64,000 nt of DNA from a candidate division WOR-3 bacterium (GTDB lineage Bacteria > Hydrothermota > Tepidihabitantia > B3-TA06). The notes below the pieces were generated by a model that saw only the letters and a program-made list of their open reading frames with translations, did no database searches and was not told where the DNA came from. The position numbers and the translations under genes were made by a program. Shown here in pieces: positions 19,391 through 30,698 of the stretch (position 1 is its first letter; each line of letters starts with the position of its first letter). The stretch covers positions 142,921 through 206,920 of the forward strand of contig CBFGKC010000002.1 in NCBI GenBank assembly GCA_965649265.1, given 5' to 3'.

Positions 19391-22300
19391 CTAGATATTG
19401 TAGGCTTTTCTCAAGCTGTCGCGGAACTGAATGAGCCCCGGCTCATTCGGATTCTGCCTGACGATGTCGTCAAGAATGCCGATTGCCTTGCGCGGGTCCT
19501 TGAGGTAATCGAGATAGAGACGGAAGGAAATTTCGTGCCCGGGGAAGCGCCTGTTCCATGCATCAAGAAGCTCAAGCGCCTTTGTAGTGTCACGCATGGT
19601 TTCTGTGTAGAAGAGGAAAAGGCTGAGGAAAGGCTGGTAGTTCTCTCGCGTGGCTGAGGCATAGGCCTTTTTAAGTTCCTGCTCGGCGCGCAGCGTATCG
19701 CCCCTGCGAAGGAATCCCAATCCCTGCCTGATGTAGAAATCAGGACCCAGCCAGTTTTTTGCCTCGAGTTCCACGCGGTACGTTTCGGCGTCCTGAACTT
19801 CTCCAGCCTGGCTCGCAAACATGTAGAGATTCAAAAGGAAAACCCTGCGAACCTCAGGTTCAACATCAAACTGGGCTACCGGTTTAACGAATTCGTAGGC
19901 CTTTTTGGGGTCACCTTTCATGGCTAACTGTTCGCCTATCTCCTGCATGGCCACGCCGTAATTAATGAACAGTCCTTTTGCCTGCTCGTCCCTGCGAACC
20001 TTGGGATCCATGATAGAGCGCATCTTGAACTCTTTAGTGAAAAGCTCTACGGAACGGTTAAGGTCAATCGCGGGACGACCGAGCATGGAATCCTCGGGAG
20101 GAGACTTACGGAATCTGTACGCAAGGCCTTCCTGGATCAGATAGGGGCCGAACTCCTGCACACGACTGGGAGAAACCGTAGTTGAGAAATAGACGGGCAT
20201 GACGGTCTCCTTGTAGTCCTTGAGCACGTTGTCAATGAACATCTTCGTAGGCAGCAAGTAATCGCGAGGTATTTTCGTAGCGAAACCGGATACCGAAACC
20301 TTCTCAGAGTCGGCATAGACTTTGCCGGCGTTGGTCGCGATCATATCCCTTATCATGAGATCGGCAAGCATGATAACCTGTGAACGTCCGAGAATCACGT
20401 AAGCGGGAAGATTGTCTATCTCTCCGGAGCCGTAATTCACGACTATCGAAGCCTGGCCGTTCTGTCCCGCGGAAGGAGGGATATCCAGAGTCAGGACACC
20501 AGTCAGTGTATCCACCAGACCAATCCTGCGGCGGGATGCATCAATAAGGCGTCCATGCTTGTCGGCCTTTACCTTCTGACCGTTGTAGGTAAACTCGAGG
20601 GTTCCCGACTTGATCGTGGGATGGGCAAGCTTGCCTGTCCAAGAGTTTGAACCCTGTGAACTCGTAAGCGTTACCCGCTCGTTTTTCGATTCGTACGCAA
20701 AGGATATGGGAGCGCCCTTGCGCGCAAGGTGCTCGATGTACCAGGGCGTATTAAGCAGTGAGAGGTTTGCGTTGATGACTCCGTGCTTATACGGGCGCTT
20801 GCCGTTCTCGTATGCGGTGGATGGAACCTCCTGCACGAACCAGAGAGGAAACGTATCGTTATCGCCGTTCGTGAATATGACCGAAGGCTCCTTGCATGAG
20901 GCAAGGAGGTTGAATCCGTATTCGAGCGGAATCCAGTCGCCTTGCCTTGTGAGCATGGGGAAGTTTATGAGCCCGGCTACAAGCGCAACGCCTGCCACGA
21001 CACCGCCGGTCGATCCCCCCGCGATCCGGAAGACCTTCTTGCGTTTAATTGCCTGCCTGAGAGAAGCAATAATCTCAAACAGGCCGAAGCCCGTAAAAAG
21101 ACCCCAGAAGGCGTAACTGAAAGTGTAAAAGTAATCGCGTTCTCTAACCTCCTGGGGCAGATTCGTGAATCCCTTGGGCAGGGGCCCGGAGTGCGGAAAG
21201 CGCATGTTCAAATAAATGACGAGCGCGGCGGATGAGATAAGGAAAGTGGTCAATAGAAACCAGAAGAGTTTGCGGTCCCTTTTGGCAAGCGAGTATAGAC
21301 CCAGCACACCGAGTACTGTGGGTACCGACGCTATAAGTACACGAAGGATGACGGTAAATACAGGCTTTTCAGCAAGATCGCGAAGGCCCCACTGCCAGAA
21401 GAAGTATTTGAAATACATAACGAACTGCCAGAATATGCCGGCAATGGCACCGAGTCCTGTCGGTCGCCCCGTATCGGGATCGATGACGGTCTTTCGCGGC
21501 CAGAGCTGGTTCTCGACCGTCGCCCTGCCGTACTGTTCACGATGCAGCACCGAGAGGAACCGTTTAAGGTCAACGGGATCAACCATGTTTATGGACGGGT
21601 TCGAGTGGGCGCGAACCATCAGATAGAACTGAACAGAAAATCCGATAACGATAAGTATCGCCCCTATCGCAAAGAAAGTCATGTCGACCTTGTACTCTTT
21701 GCCGGCGTAGAAGAACGCGGCAAGGAGAATGGCCACACCAAAAAGAATGACAGGCCAAGGAAGTCTTAATGCCGCGAAAACGATCAGCAAGGCATACGCA
21801 CCAAGGAATATCCACGCAGGAGTGAAACCTCTTCTGGAGGAGCTTCTCTGGGTAAAGAAGTAGATCACGAAAAGGGCAACGACCGCAAGTTGAGGCCAGC
21901 CAGGTTCAAAAAGCATGAAAGCCAGGCCGAGCACGCCGAGGAAGAACGTAGGCAGTAGGCGATGATTGACTACCAACACAAACGGAATCACGGCAAAAAG
22001 CATCATGACCGGCGTAAGGTGAATGCCGGCCGCGAGAATGACCATGTAGAGCACGAGAAGCATGAGTGCGTTAGCACGGCCGTTTTGACCCAGGACCCCT
22101 GACTTTAAAGGTGCCCCAGGTGTATTTGACGACGACAATGCATGATCGGCTGCAAAAGCCTCCTGTGGTTGTATACGTTCACGCCATAGCACCGCGAGAT
22201 AAACCACAGTGAAGCCGATGCATGTCGAAATGGAATAAAGTTCGGCTTCAAGTGAGTTGTCCCAGGTTGAGAAACCAAAGGTTATAAAAAGTCCGCCGAC

Positions 22301-22660
22301 AACACCGGCGACGGTTGGAATCCATTTCTCGGTTTCTTCCGTTTTGAAGGACTTGAATCCACGCACAACCCGGCTCGTAAGGATGACGGCCAGAGCCGCG
22401 GCGAGCGCTCCGGTAAGAATGCTTATGAAGTTGATTCTGAAAGCTATTTCACGCGCGAACGGTATCATCGCAAAAATGCGCCCGATCATTACGTATAAGG
22501 GTGTACCCGGCGGGTGCGGCACTCCCAGGATGTGGGAGCAGGCGATGAACTCTCCGCAATCCCAGAAGGCTACCGTGGGTGAAGCGGTGACCAAATAGAG
22601 TACGAATGCAATAACAAAGACTATACCGGCTGCAAGCCAGTCTATCCGGTGTTGTTTCAT
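19391..22660 (-). CDS. DUF2723/TMEM260-like GT-C membrane glycosyltransferase with C-terminal TPRs
   Basis: FWDCGEFIA, VPHPPGTPLY, EAELY, RERDYFY, FTNGDNDTFPLW, NLSLLNTPWY. Confidence 0.88.
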   Translation of the reverse strand: MKQHRIDWLAAGIVFVIAFVLYLVTASPTVAFWDCGEFIACSHILGVPHPPGTPLYVMIGRIFAMIPFAREIAFRINFISILTGALAAALAVILTSRVVRGFKSFKTEETEKWIPTVAGVVGGLFITFGFSTWDNSLEAELYSISTCIGFTVVYLAVLWRERIQPQEAFAADHALSSSNTPGAPLKSGVLGQNGRANALMLLVLYMVILAAGIHLTPVMMLFAVIPFVLVVNHRLLPTFFLGVLGLAFMLFEPGWPQLAVVALFVIYFFTQRSSSRRGFTPAWIFLGAYALLIVFAALRLPWPVILFGVAILLAAFFYAGKEYKVDMTFFAIGAILIVIGFSVQFYLMVRAHSNPSINMVDPVDLKRFLSVLHREQYGRATVENQLWPRKTVIDPDTGRPTGLGAIAGIFWQFVMYFKYFFWQWGLRDLAEKPVFTVILRVLIASVPTVLGVLGLYSLAKRDRKLFWFLLTTFLISSAALVIYLNMRFPHSGPLPKGFTNLPQEVRERDYFYTFSYAFWGLFTGFGLFEIIASLRQAIKRKKVFRIAGGSTGGVVAGVALVAGLINFPMLTRQGDWIPLEYGFNLLASCKEPSVIFTNGDNDTFPLWFVQEVPSTAYENGKRPYKHGVINANLSLLNTPWYIEHLARKGAPISFAYESKNERVTLTSSQGSNSWTGKLAHPTIKSGTLEFTYNGQKVKADKHGRLIDASRRRIGLVDTLTGVLTLDIPPSAGQNGQASIVVNYGSGEIDNLPAYVILGRSQVIMLADLMIRDMIATNAGKVYADSEKVSVSGFATKIPRDYLLPTKMFIDNVLKDYKETVMPVYFSTTVSPSRVQEFGPYLIQEGLAYRFRKSPPEDSMLGRPAIDLNRSVELFTKEFKMRSIMDPKVRRDEQAKGLFINYGVAMQEIGEQLAMKGDPKKAYEFVKPVAQFDVEPEVRRVFLLNLYMFASQAGEVQDAETYRVELEAKNWLGPDFYIRQGLGFLRRGDTLRAEQELKKAYASATRENYQPFLSLFLFYTETMRDTTKALELLDAWNRRFPGHEISFRLYLDYLKDPRKAIGILDDIVRQNPNEPGLIQFRDSLRKAYNI

Positions 22661-23415
22661 TTCTCCTCCTTGGAGTAGATCTTTTCAAGGTAGGTCGTAA
22701 GTTCTTTAATTTCGAGGTTCGTGTAGAGCTTTCCTTCAAGGCCTACACTTACCCCACCTGTTTCCTCACTTACTACTATTGAGACGGCGTCTGAGGCTGA
22801 ACAGATACCCAAACCTGCCCTGTGACGCATCCCGTAGTAATCTTCCACCCACGGCTCGTCGCTTACGGGAAGAATGCAAGCCGCGGCTACCACCTTTTCC
22901 CCCCTTATGATGCAGGCTCCGTCGTGAAGCGGAGAGGGGGGGGTAAAGATGGAAACGATGAGCGCGGCCGAGACCCGCGCATCAATTTTAGTACCAGTAT
23001 TCGTGTACTCCCCGAGATCGATGTCGCGCTCGAAAACTATAAGCGCGCCCATCTTGCGCTTGCGCATCTCCTCAACCGCCTTCATAATCTCGGACACGGC
23101 CACCTGGCTCTCCGAGCGCACGAGGAAACGCAATAGCCTGTAGCGGCCCATTCGTGCGAGAGCGTTTCTTATCTCGGGTTGAAACAGTATCACGAACGCG
23201 ATTATCCATATCGCCATGAGGGAGTTGAGAATCAGCGCGAGAGCGACCAGATTGAGCGTCCTTGCGACGAGCGTGAACACGAAGATGAAAACCAGACCGA
23301 TGAGTATCTGGAGCGCCCGCGTTCCCTTGATGAATCTCAGAAAGAGGTAGATGATTATGGCGACGACTGCAATGTCGACGAAATCGAGAATCCCTGGACG
23401 AAGGACGTCCGTCAC
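22657..23415 (-). CDS. cdaA: Diadenylate cyclase CdaA/DacA
   Basis: 3 TM helices, FQPEIR, PLHDGA, GMRHRA, VSEETG. Confidence 0.93.
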   Translation of the reverse strand: MTDVLRPGILDFVDIAVVAIIIYLFLRFIKGTRALQILIGLVFIFVFTLVARTLNLVALALILNSLMAIWIIAFVILFQPEIRNALARMGRYRLLRFLVRSESQVAVSEIMKAVEEMRKRKMGALIVFERDIDLGEYTNTGTKIDARVSAALIVSIFTPPSPLHDGACIIRGEKVVAAACILPVSDEPWVEDYYGMRHRAGLGICSASDAVSIVVSEETGGVSVGLEGKLYTNLEIKELTTYLEKIYSKEEK

Positions 23416-24608
23416 CCCCCGGCCCCCTTGAGAATGAGCGAGCAGGCGTCAAGCGCTCTCCTCGTTTCCTTGACGTCGTGCACTCTGAGAATATGCGCAC
23501 CCGAAAGGAAAGCAAGCACGGACGCTCCGAGCGATGCCTCGAGCCGCTCACCCACGTCGAGCCCGAGAAGCTTGCCGAGGAAGGATTTGCGCGACGCGCC
23601 TACGAGGAGCGGGCGGCCGAAGGCCTTGAGTTCGGAGAGCCTGCGGAGCGCGGCTGAGTTGTCCGAAACTCGTTTGCCGAATCCTATTCCCGGGTCGATA
23701 ATGATACTTTTTAGACCAGGGTTCTTAAGATCGATTTCTGCGAGCTTAGTTGTGAAAAATTCGTAAAGCTCGGCGTTGAAATCGTCGTAATGCGGAGCGA
23801 TCTGCATGGTTTCCGGCTCACCCTTGGAATGCATGAGCACATATGCGACCTTGAACTCCTCCGCGAGGGACCAGAGTTCCTGCACCTTTCCACCCGAAAT
23901 GTCGTTAATTATGGACGCTCCCACTGAAAGACCGGCGCTCGCGACATCAGGTGATGTCGTATCAAGGGACCAGATGTATTTCTTTTTCTCAAGGTGATTG
24001 AAAACAGGCTTGAGCCTTTCGAGTTGCTCGGTAGCAGGACAGGGACGCGCACCCGGTCTCGTGGACTCGGCGCCTATGTCGAGGATGTCAGCGCCCTCAC
24101 CAAGCATGGTGTCGATTCTCGCCTTCGCGGCGTCGGGTTCGAGATAGAGCCCGCCGTCGGAAAAGGAATCCGGCGTAACGTTGAGCACGCCCATAATCAG
24201 AGGGTGGTCAAAGGAGAGCGTGCCCGAAGGCAGGTCAAGCGAGGAGACAGGGGCATCGAGATTGGCCAGAAGCTTAGCTACACCCTTCTCGAACAAGGCA
24301 AGTCCGAAGGGCTGGCCGGACATCGCAAGCGAGGTTCGCCTCAGCTGACGCTTCGTTCCCATGAACAGGGCATCGGAGCGCTCGACCTTACCGGTGATCA
24401 CGTCGCGGTGAACGGCGACGTCTGCGCCGTTTGAGAGCGCGGTCTGCTTGAGGATGTTGGCGGCCGGTGTTTTGAGATCCGTTATCTTCAAGAGGAAAGA
24501 GTCGAACTTATCGAGGAATATATCGATGCAGGACTCGTCAACCGAAAGGGTACGCAGTTCCCGCTCGAGCTCCGCCTTGTCCGCCGGCTTGAGAGGCCTA
24601 AGATTCAT
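23412..24608 (-). CDS. folP: Dihydropteroate synthase with N-terminal extension
   Basis: MGVLNVTPDSFSDGG, GAESTRPG, DPGIGFGK, SRKS, RVHDV; ATG coupled to the folE stop. Confidence 0.95.
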   Translation of the reverse strand: MNLRPLKPADKAELERELRTLSVDESCIDIFLDKFDSFLLKITDLKTPAANILKQTALSNGADVAVHRDVITGKVERSDALFMGTKRQLRRTSLAMSGQPFGLALFEKGVAKLLANLDAPVSSLDLPSGTLSFDHPLIMGVLNVTPDSFSDGGLYLEPDAAKARIDTMLGEGADILDIGAESTRPGARPCPATEQLERLKPVFNHLEKKKYIWSLDTTSPDVASAGLSVGASIINDISGGKVQELWSLAEEFKVAYVLMHSKGEPETMQIAPHYDDFNAELYEFFTTKLAEIDLKNPGLKSIIIDPGIGFGKRVSDNSAALRRLSELKAFGRPLLVGASRKSFLGKLLGLDVGERLEASLGASVLAFLSGAHILRVHDVKETRRALDACSLILKGAGG

Positions 24609-25171
24609 CAGAGCCCGAGCCCCTTCATGAGCGAGAGCGCCTCCGCTCTCGTCTCCGCTCGTCTGAAAGCGCCCCGCATTGCCGAGGTGAGGGTCTTCGT
24701 TCCGGGTTTCTTGACCCCGCGCATGGTCACGCACAGATGTTCGGCTTCGATGACGACCATGACGCCGAGGGGATTGAGAACCTCGTTGAAAATGTCGGCG
24801 GTCTCAGACGTAAGGCGCTCCTGGATCTGGGGTCGCTTGGTCAGGATGTCCACGAAGCGCACGATGTCGCCGAAACCGGTTATGCGGTTCTCCCTTGGGA
24901 TATAGGCAAGGTGCACCTTTCCGAAGAAGGGAAGGAGGTGATGCTCGCAGACCGAGTAGAAGGGGATGTCCTTCACGAGAATCATCTCGTCCTGGTTGGG
25001 AGCGGTATAGGTTTTAAGAACTTCGCGAGGATCGAGACCGATTCCCGAGAAAATCTCGGGAACCATGCGGGCGACCGCCTGCGGGGTATCGTTAAGGCCC
25101 GGCCTTCCGGGGTCCTCCCCCAGGGCTTTAAGAAAATCACCGACCGCTTGCTCTATCTTCTTTGGGTCCAC
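24608..25171 (-). CDS. folE: GTP cyclohydrolase I
   Basis: [23 protein letters not shown]. Confidence 0.96.
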   Translation of the reverse strand: MDPKKIEQAVGDFLKALGEDPGRPGLNDTPQAVARMVPEIFSGIGLDPREVLKTYTAPNQDEMILVKDIPFYSVCEHHLLPFFGKVHLAYIPRENRITGFGDIVRFVDILTKRPQIQERLTSETADIFNEVLNPLGVMVVIEAEHLCVTMRGVKKPGTKTLTSAMRGAFRRAETRAEALSLMKGLGL

Positions 25172-25172
25172 C

Positions 25173-27104
25173 TCAGGCCTTTCCGGGCTTGGCTTTCACT
25201 GTCTTACCTGCTGACGACGAGGGTTTTCTTGAAGAGACGGATGGCGATTTCGTTCCCAGAATTCTCGCTATGTCCTGTGCGTCCAGGGTTTCCTGCTTTA
25301 TGAGTGTCTCGGCGAGGTTCTTGAGCTTGGCGAGATTGCGTTCGACTATGCCGAGCGCGCGCTTGTGCTGGGTCTCGACTATGAGGCGAATCTCATCGTC
25401 GATGAGCTGCGCGGTCTTCTCGCTGTAGTTGCGCTGCACGCCCATCTCGCGGCCGAGGAATATCTCTGCCTCGATCCTGCCGAACGTGAGGGGCCCCAGC
25501 TTCGCGCTCATGCCCCACTCGCAAACCATCTTGCGGGCAAGAAGAGTTGCCTTCTCGAGATCGTTGGCGGCACCGGTGGAGAGGTCGCCGTATATCTTTT
25601 CCTCAGCCGCCCTGCCGCCAAGCATGAACGCTATCTGGTTCTCGCAAAATTCCTTGGGGTAGATCTTGCGCTCGTCGATTGGCAGCGACTGCGTCACGCC
25701 CAGGGCCATGCCGCGCGGGATTATGGTGACCTTGTGAAGGGGATCCATTCCCGGAATCATGCTGGAGATGAGGGTGTGACCGGCCTCGTGGAACGCGGTG
25801 CGGCGCTTCTCTTCGGGAGAGAGCAGAAGGCTGCGGCGCTCTGCACCCATGAGCACCTTGTCCTTGGCATCCTCAAAATCCTGCGCGGTGACTTGCTCGC
25901 GGCTGCGCCTGGCTGCTAAAAGTGCCGCCTCGTTGACCATGTTCTCGAGATCGGCGCCGGTGAATCCCGGAGTCCCTCTCGCAAGAACGGAGAGGTCGAC
26001 GTCTGAGGCAAGCGGTATCCTGCGAACCTTCACCTTGAGAATCTCCTCGCGGCCCAGAACGTCGGGCTGATCCAAAACGACCTTGCGGTCGAACCTGCCG
26101 GGACGAAGGAGTGCGGGATCGAGTATATCCGGCCTGTTGGTGGCCGCCATGATGATGATGCCGTCCGCGCTCTGGAACCCGTCCATCTCGACTAGAAGCT
26201 GGTTCAACGTCTGCTCGCGCTCGTCGTGACCGCCGCCGAGACCGGCGCCGCGGTGGCGACCCACTGCGTCTATCTCGTCAATGAAGATGATGCAGGGCGC
26301 GTGGCGCTTGCCCTGATCGAAGAGATCGCGGACCCGGGAGGCACCCACGCCGACGAAGAGCTCGACGAAATCGGAACCGGAGATGGAGAGGAAGGGCACG
26401 CTTGCCTCGCCCGCGACCGCGCGCGCGAGAAGGGTCTTTCCCGTTCCCGGCGCCCCGACAAGCAGAACGCCCTTCGGGATGCGTCCGCCCAGACGACTGA
26501 ACTTGCGCGGCGAGCGAAGGAATTCTATCACTTCCTCGAGTTCCTCCTTGGCCTCCTTGACCCCTGCGACGTCGTCAAAGGTGACGTTGGGACGGGTCTC
26601 GGTACTAACCTTGACCCGCGACTTTCCGAACTGGAAGTTCCTCGAGGCGCCCACCTGCGACTGCCGCATTATCATGAACCAGAAGACGAGTATAAGTACC
26701 CAGGGTACGATGGAAAGAAGGATGCTGAGCCACTGAACGCGGTTCTGCGCCCTTACCTCGACGCCTGCGGCCCTGAGGTCCTCTATGATCTTCGGGTCGT
26801 CGAAAGGAATGAGAACCTTGAAACGACCGGTCGTGACCGTGTCGCCGTTTACGTCGCGGACCTTTATTTTTCGCGAATCGGCGCGACCCGGATCGCCGAA
26901 GTAGCCGGTGATCTGCTTTTCACTAATCACGACGGTCTTTAGCTCCGCAAACATGTTTCTGAATTCCGAGTACGATATTTCGGGCGTCTGCGGACGCATG
27001 AAAAGAAGGTAATACCCTAGGGGTATTACTATGAGCAGTACGATCCAGATAAGTATCGTGCGTAAATTAACTGAACCCGCCTGCTGCGGCGGTTTATTCG
27101 CCAT
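25173..27104 (-). CDS. ftsH: ATP-dependent zinc metalloprotease FtsH
   Basis: [26 protein letters not shown]. Confidence 0.97.
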   Translation of the reverse strand: MANKPPQQAGSVNLRTILIWIVLLIVIPLGYYLLFMRPQTPEISYSEFRNMFAELKTVVISEKQITGYFGDPGRADSRKIKVRDVNGDTVTTGRFKVLIPFDDPKIIEDLRAAGVEVRAQNRVQWLSILLSIVPWVLILVFWFMIMRQSQVGASRNFQFGKSRVKVSTETRPNVTFDDVAGVKEAKEELEEVIEFLRSPRKFSRLGGRIPKGVLLVGAPGTGKTLLARAVAGEASVPFLSISGSDFVELFVGVGASRVRDLFDQGKRHAPCIIFIDEIDAVGRHRGAGLGGGHDEREQTLNQLLVEMDGFQSADGIIIMAATNRPDILDPALLRPGRFDRKVVLDQPDVLGREEILKVKVRRIPLASDVDLSVLARGTPGFTGADLENMVNEAALLAARRSREQVTAQDFEDAKDKVLMGAERRSLLLSPEEKRRTAFHEAGHTLISSMIPGMDPLHKVTIIPRGMALGVTQSLPIDERKIYPKEFCENQIAFMLGGRAAEEKIYGDLSTGAANDLEKATLLARKMVCEWGMSAKLGPLTFGRIEAEIFLGREMGVQRNYSEKTAQLIDDEIRLIVETQHKRALGIVERNLAKLKNLAETLIKQETLDAQDIARILGTKSPSVSSRKPSSSAGKTVKAKPGKA

Positions 27105-28467
27105 TTTCACCTCTCAAAAGAGTAATGATATTTGTATCTCGCGTCCCGGCTGTGACAGGGGCAGCGGCCGAGCGCATCAAACCTACAATCCACAACACAT
27201 CCTCGTCCTCCTCCCCTGCACAGACTAGAGGCCATAACCTTCTCATCCCCCGGGGCACCTTGGCGTCGGTAAAGACCTTCTTTATCTTGCGCGGCCTAGA
27301 ATGCCCGAAAGGTACAATCCTGTCACCCTCTCTCCAGGCTCTCACGACGTATGGCGGTTTTGCTAATCCCACATCAAGCGTAATCTCATCAGAGCCATAA
27401 CTAATCCTGCCGCCCTCGAGCGTACGCAGGGAGAGCCGCCATCCCAGTTCTTCGATACAGACGCTTTCTCCCGAATGCAGCTTGAAAGGCTTCCAGCCCG
27501 GTCTTTCCTGTAAAGGCTCAAGCCTCAGGCGGTCGTAAGACCAAAGCAATCTCTCGGAATTTCCTCTTTGTATCTCACGAGTTCCCTTGGATGTTTCCAG
27601 AGGTACAAGTCGCCTGAGATCGCGTCCGCCTAACCACGGCACAAACCGTCGCAAAACGCGTAATTGAGTTGTAATATTATATTGTGAAAGCTTTGAAGTG
27701 TCAAGTTCGAGCCCTTTGGAGCCGCGCACGATCACGTCCTCGTAAGCCTTTTCCGACGAGGCCCGGACGGATTCAGCTATCCTGTCTCCGAGTTCGAGCG
27801 TTCTCGAAATGGTATCTTCGAGCGACGGGTTGAGCGCCTTCAACTCGGGAATAACACGGCGACGAACGTGGTTGCGGTCGTAGGACTCGTCGAGGTTGGA
27901 GGAGTCTTCCCTGAAGGTGAGCCTTTCCTTTTTGAGGTAAACGATAACCTCCTCCCTTGTGCACCGGATGAGCGGCCGGATGAAGGCCCCCCTCCTTGCA
28001 GGAATACCCCACAGCATAGGTTCCGCCCTTCCGCGGACAAGGGATAAGAGGAGCCATTCGACGTTGTCGGAAGCGGTGTGGCCGAGCGCGGCCAGGTCGT
28101 AACGTTCTGACTCGAGGAGTCTCTCCAATCCGGAGTACCGCAGCTTGCGGCCGGCCATCTCGAATGAGATTCCCTCAGACCGTGACACGACCTCAACATC
28201 AGCTTTTTCGGAGTGAAAGGGTAAATTCCACCGACGGGCGAGCGCGCTCACGAACTCCTCGTCCTGATCGGACTCACTGCCCCGTAAAGAGTGATTGAGG
28301 TGGTACACACCGAGCCTCGGGATTTCGAGTTTGTTTCTGTGGTTGTTAAGTAAGGCGAGAAGGGCTACCGAATCCGGCCCACCCGAGCAGGCCACGAGAA
28401 CGCTTGAGCCCTTCCTGAACCCGCATTCCGACTTGAGAGTACTCAGGGCTTTTTTTTCAAGCGACAC
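27094..28467 (-). CDS. tilS: tRNA(Ile)-lysidine synthetase
   Basis: SGGPDS, NHSLR, IRPL, EDSSN; upstream of ftsH. Confidence 0.95.
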   Translation of the reverse strand: MSLEKKALSTLKSECGFRKGSSVLVACSGGPDSVALLALLNNHRNKLEIPRLGVYHLNHSLRGSESDQDEEFVSALARRWNLPFHSEKADVEVVSRSEGISFEMAGRKLRYSGLERLLESERYDLAALGHTASDNVEWLLLSLVRGRAEPMLWGIPARRGAFIRPLIRCTREEVIVYLKKERLTFREDSSNLDESYDRNHVRRRVIPELKALNPSLEDTISRTLELGDRIAESVRASSEKAYEDVIVRGSKGLELDTSKLSQYNITTQLRVLRRFVPWLGGRDLRRLVPLETSKGTREIQRGNSERLLWSYDRLRLEPLQERPGWKPFKLHSGESVCIEELGWRLSLRTLEGGRISYGSDEITLDVGLAKPPYVVRAWREGDRIVPFGHSRPRKIKKVFTDAKVPRGMRRLWPLVCAGEEDEDVLWIVGLMRSAAAPVTAGTRDTNIITLLRGENGE

Positions 28468-28468
28468 T

Positions 28469-29254
28469 TTATCTCAAAAACAGGTAGAAGATGATTCCCA
28501 CAATGCCTATCGCGAAGCAGTAAAAACTGAAGAGCCAGAACTTTTTCGAGATGACTACCTTTCGAAGTGCCCACAGGGCGAAAAGCCCGACGCCGAAGCT
28601 CGCGGCGACTCCGATAGCGACGGCCAGGGGCTCACCGAAACTGGTAACGTCCTTGAGCTCGAGGATGTTGGCGGCAAGCACCGCGGGCAGGGAGAGGAGG
28701 AAGCTGAACTCGAAGGCCTCGGCCGAGGCGATTCCGAGAAGGAGGGCGGTCGAGATGGTGAGGCCTGAACGCGAAAGCCCGGGAAGAATGGCCGCCGCCT
28801 GGGCGATGCCGATTATGAGCGCGTCCGAGAGACGTATCGACTGGCCCCTGTCCTTTGCCCAGCGCGTGATGAGAAGCATGACGCCGGTTCCTATTAGAAA
28901 GAAAGGCACATAGGCGGCGTTGTCGAATACGGTCTCAAGGTAGTCCTTTGCGACGAGTCCTACTATTGCCGCCGGAATCGTTCCGATGATTATCCACAGG
29001 ATCATCTTGAGATTGGGCTTCTGCTCGTCGTTCTTGACGAACGGCGATTTAACAAGCTTCCAGAGTCTCCGCGCGAAGAAGACTATTACGGCAAGAAGGG
29101 TACCGAAGTGGAGGAACACCGTGCCCGCGAGCCTTGCTTCGTCTATCCCAAGAATGTCCTGCGCGAGCACGAGGTGGCCGGACGAGGAGACGGGCAGGAA
29201 CTCGGTCAGCCCCTGAAGCACCCCCAGAACGAGCATCTTCCAGATCATCTGCAC
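28469..29254 (-). CDS. uppP: Undecaprenyl-diphosphatase
   Basis: QGLTEFLPVSSSGHL, PGLSRSG. Confidence 0.96.
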   Translation of the reverse strand: MQMIWKMLVLGVLQGLTEFLPVSSSGHLVLAQDILGIDEARLAGTVFLHFGTLLAVIVFFARRLWKLVKSPFVKNDEQKPNLKMILWIIIGTIPAAIVGLVAKDYLETVFDNAAYVPFFLIGTGVMLLITRWAKDRGQSIRLSDALIIGIAQAAAILPGLSRSGLTISTALLLGIASAEAFEFSFLLSLPAVLAANILELKDVTSFGEPLAVAIGVAASFGVGLFALWALRKVVISKKFWLFSFYCFAIGIVGIIFYLFLR

Positions 29255-29264
29255 TCCTTAACGA

Positions 29265-30698
29265 TTAAAATTCCCAGTACAGGTCGGCGCCCAATTTCGG
29301 CCGCATCACGTCGGCGCCCTGGACGTTAGCGAGATTGCTTATGCTCTCAAGCCCGCCTGAGATAGAGATGAAGCTGCGGCCGATGAGCGCGAGTTTGACC
29401 GAAGCCTGGCCAAGAAGGTGATTTTCGACAATACCGGACGGAAACGGCGGGTGGTAGGCTGCGCTGTCCGCCGCGCCGTCGTCCATAAAATCGCGCCACT
29501 CGTCGCCTTCGCCGTGACGCTCGTAGCGACCTTCCAGATCTAGTGTCAATCTAGGTATCATTCGCCATGAGAGGTGAACCCTTGCCCGGTCGGCGTCAGG
29601 ACCAAGGTCGTCGCCGAGGAGGAAGCCCCGGAACGTATAGTTCTGGTTGTCGTGACGCTGAGCGTACGTCCATTTGGTAATCGCGGTGTAGTCGGCACGA
29701 AGGTCGACTTCGGACTTAAGGATGGAGACCCACTCCGCTCCGATGGTCCCGCCGATTTTGTTGGGACCCGTCGCAGGCTCGTACGCAAAGTCGTCTATGA
29801 GAAGCTCGGTGTAAATCTTTATGGGATGGAGAAATACCGAGGCGTCCGCCGCCCACAAGATGTTCTCGTCCTGAAGCTTGTTCCACTGCATGAAGTAGTA
29901 TAACGAAACCGGCGCAACGATATAGGGAAACACGTCGTTTGAATCGTTGGATACCACGACCTCAGAAAACCCCATTTTCCAGTTGCGGGCGGCGTAATCG
30001 AAGCGATGAATGACCATTCGCTTGTCAGCCTGCAGCCACGAATAGAGCGTGGTCAGGCTTGCGCCCTTCCATTTGAGCGCGTACGCAACATGGTCTATGC
30101 CCCAGGGTTCGGTCGAAAGGAAGAGCCCGCCCTCGTAGAGGGGGATCGGGCCGTAATGAATCTCGGAGCGACCGGCCTGAAGGTGTAACCAGGGTAAGTC
30201 CAGATCGAGTCTTGCGTCAGGAACCTCGGCGTATACAGGTCTTTCCCCCCCGCGCCAGGATTTGGCGTCGAATACTGAATCCCACTTCGGCGCGTAAGTA
30301 ATGCGATGGGTGGCAAAAAAAGTGCAAGGCCCGACCCCGCCCTCGAAGCGCACCTCGGGCCCCGCGCGGAGAGAGTCGGGAATCTTGTATGATGCGCGCA
30401 CGGCGCCGCCGAACCTGAAGAACGCGGGCACGCCTGCCTCTCCCCCGTCCCCCTGTAATCTGAGCGCGGGAGCCCAGCGCTTGAACCTCGATTCAATGAG
30501 CCCCAGCGAAGCAAGATCAAAGCTGTCCGCGCGCGATAGCGCGGCATTAGAATCAAAGGCGTTTTTTAGATCGACATGAGTGTAAGGCTTAATGTCAGGC
30601 AGGCCGCAGAGCACGCCTTTGGCCTCAAGCCTGTCTATTATTGTATACGCTGGATCGTCCAGCGGGATGATTTGCGCGAATAAAAGTGCAATAATCAA
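29265..30698 (-). CDS. Outer-membrane beta-barrel, capsule assembly Wzi-like
   Basis: Signal peptide, 'Y..IDRLEAKG', 'ELLIDD', 'LGDDLGPDAD', C-terminal aromatic residue. Confidence 0.65.
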   Translation of the reverse strand: MIIALLFAQIIPLDDPAYTIIDRLEAKGVLCGLPDIKPYTHVDLKNAFDSNAALSRADSFDLASLGLIESRFKRWAPALRLQGDGGEAGVPAFFRFGGAVRASYKIPDSLRAGPEVRFEGGVGPCTFFATHRITYAPKWDSVFDAKSWRGGERPVYAEVPDARLDLDLPWLHLQAGRSEIHYGPIPLYEGGLFLSTEPWGIDHVAYALKWKGASLTTLYSWLQADKRMVIHRFDYAARNWKMGFSEVVVSNDSNDVFPYIVAPVSLYYFMQWNKLQDENILWAADASVFLHPIKIYTELLIDDFAYEPATGPNKIGGTIGAEWVSILKSEVDLRADYTAITKWTYAQRHDNQNYTFRGFLLGDDLGPDADRARVHLSWRMIPRLTLDLEGRYERHGEGDEWRDFMDDGAADSAAYHPPFPSGIVENHLLGQASVKLALIGRSFISISGGLESISNLANVQGADVMRPKLGADLYWEF

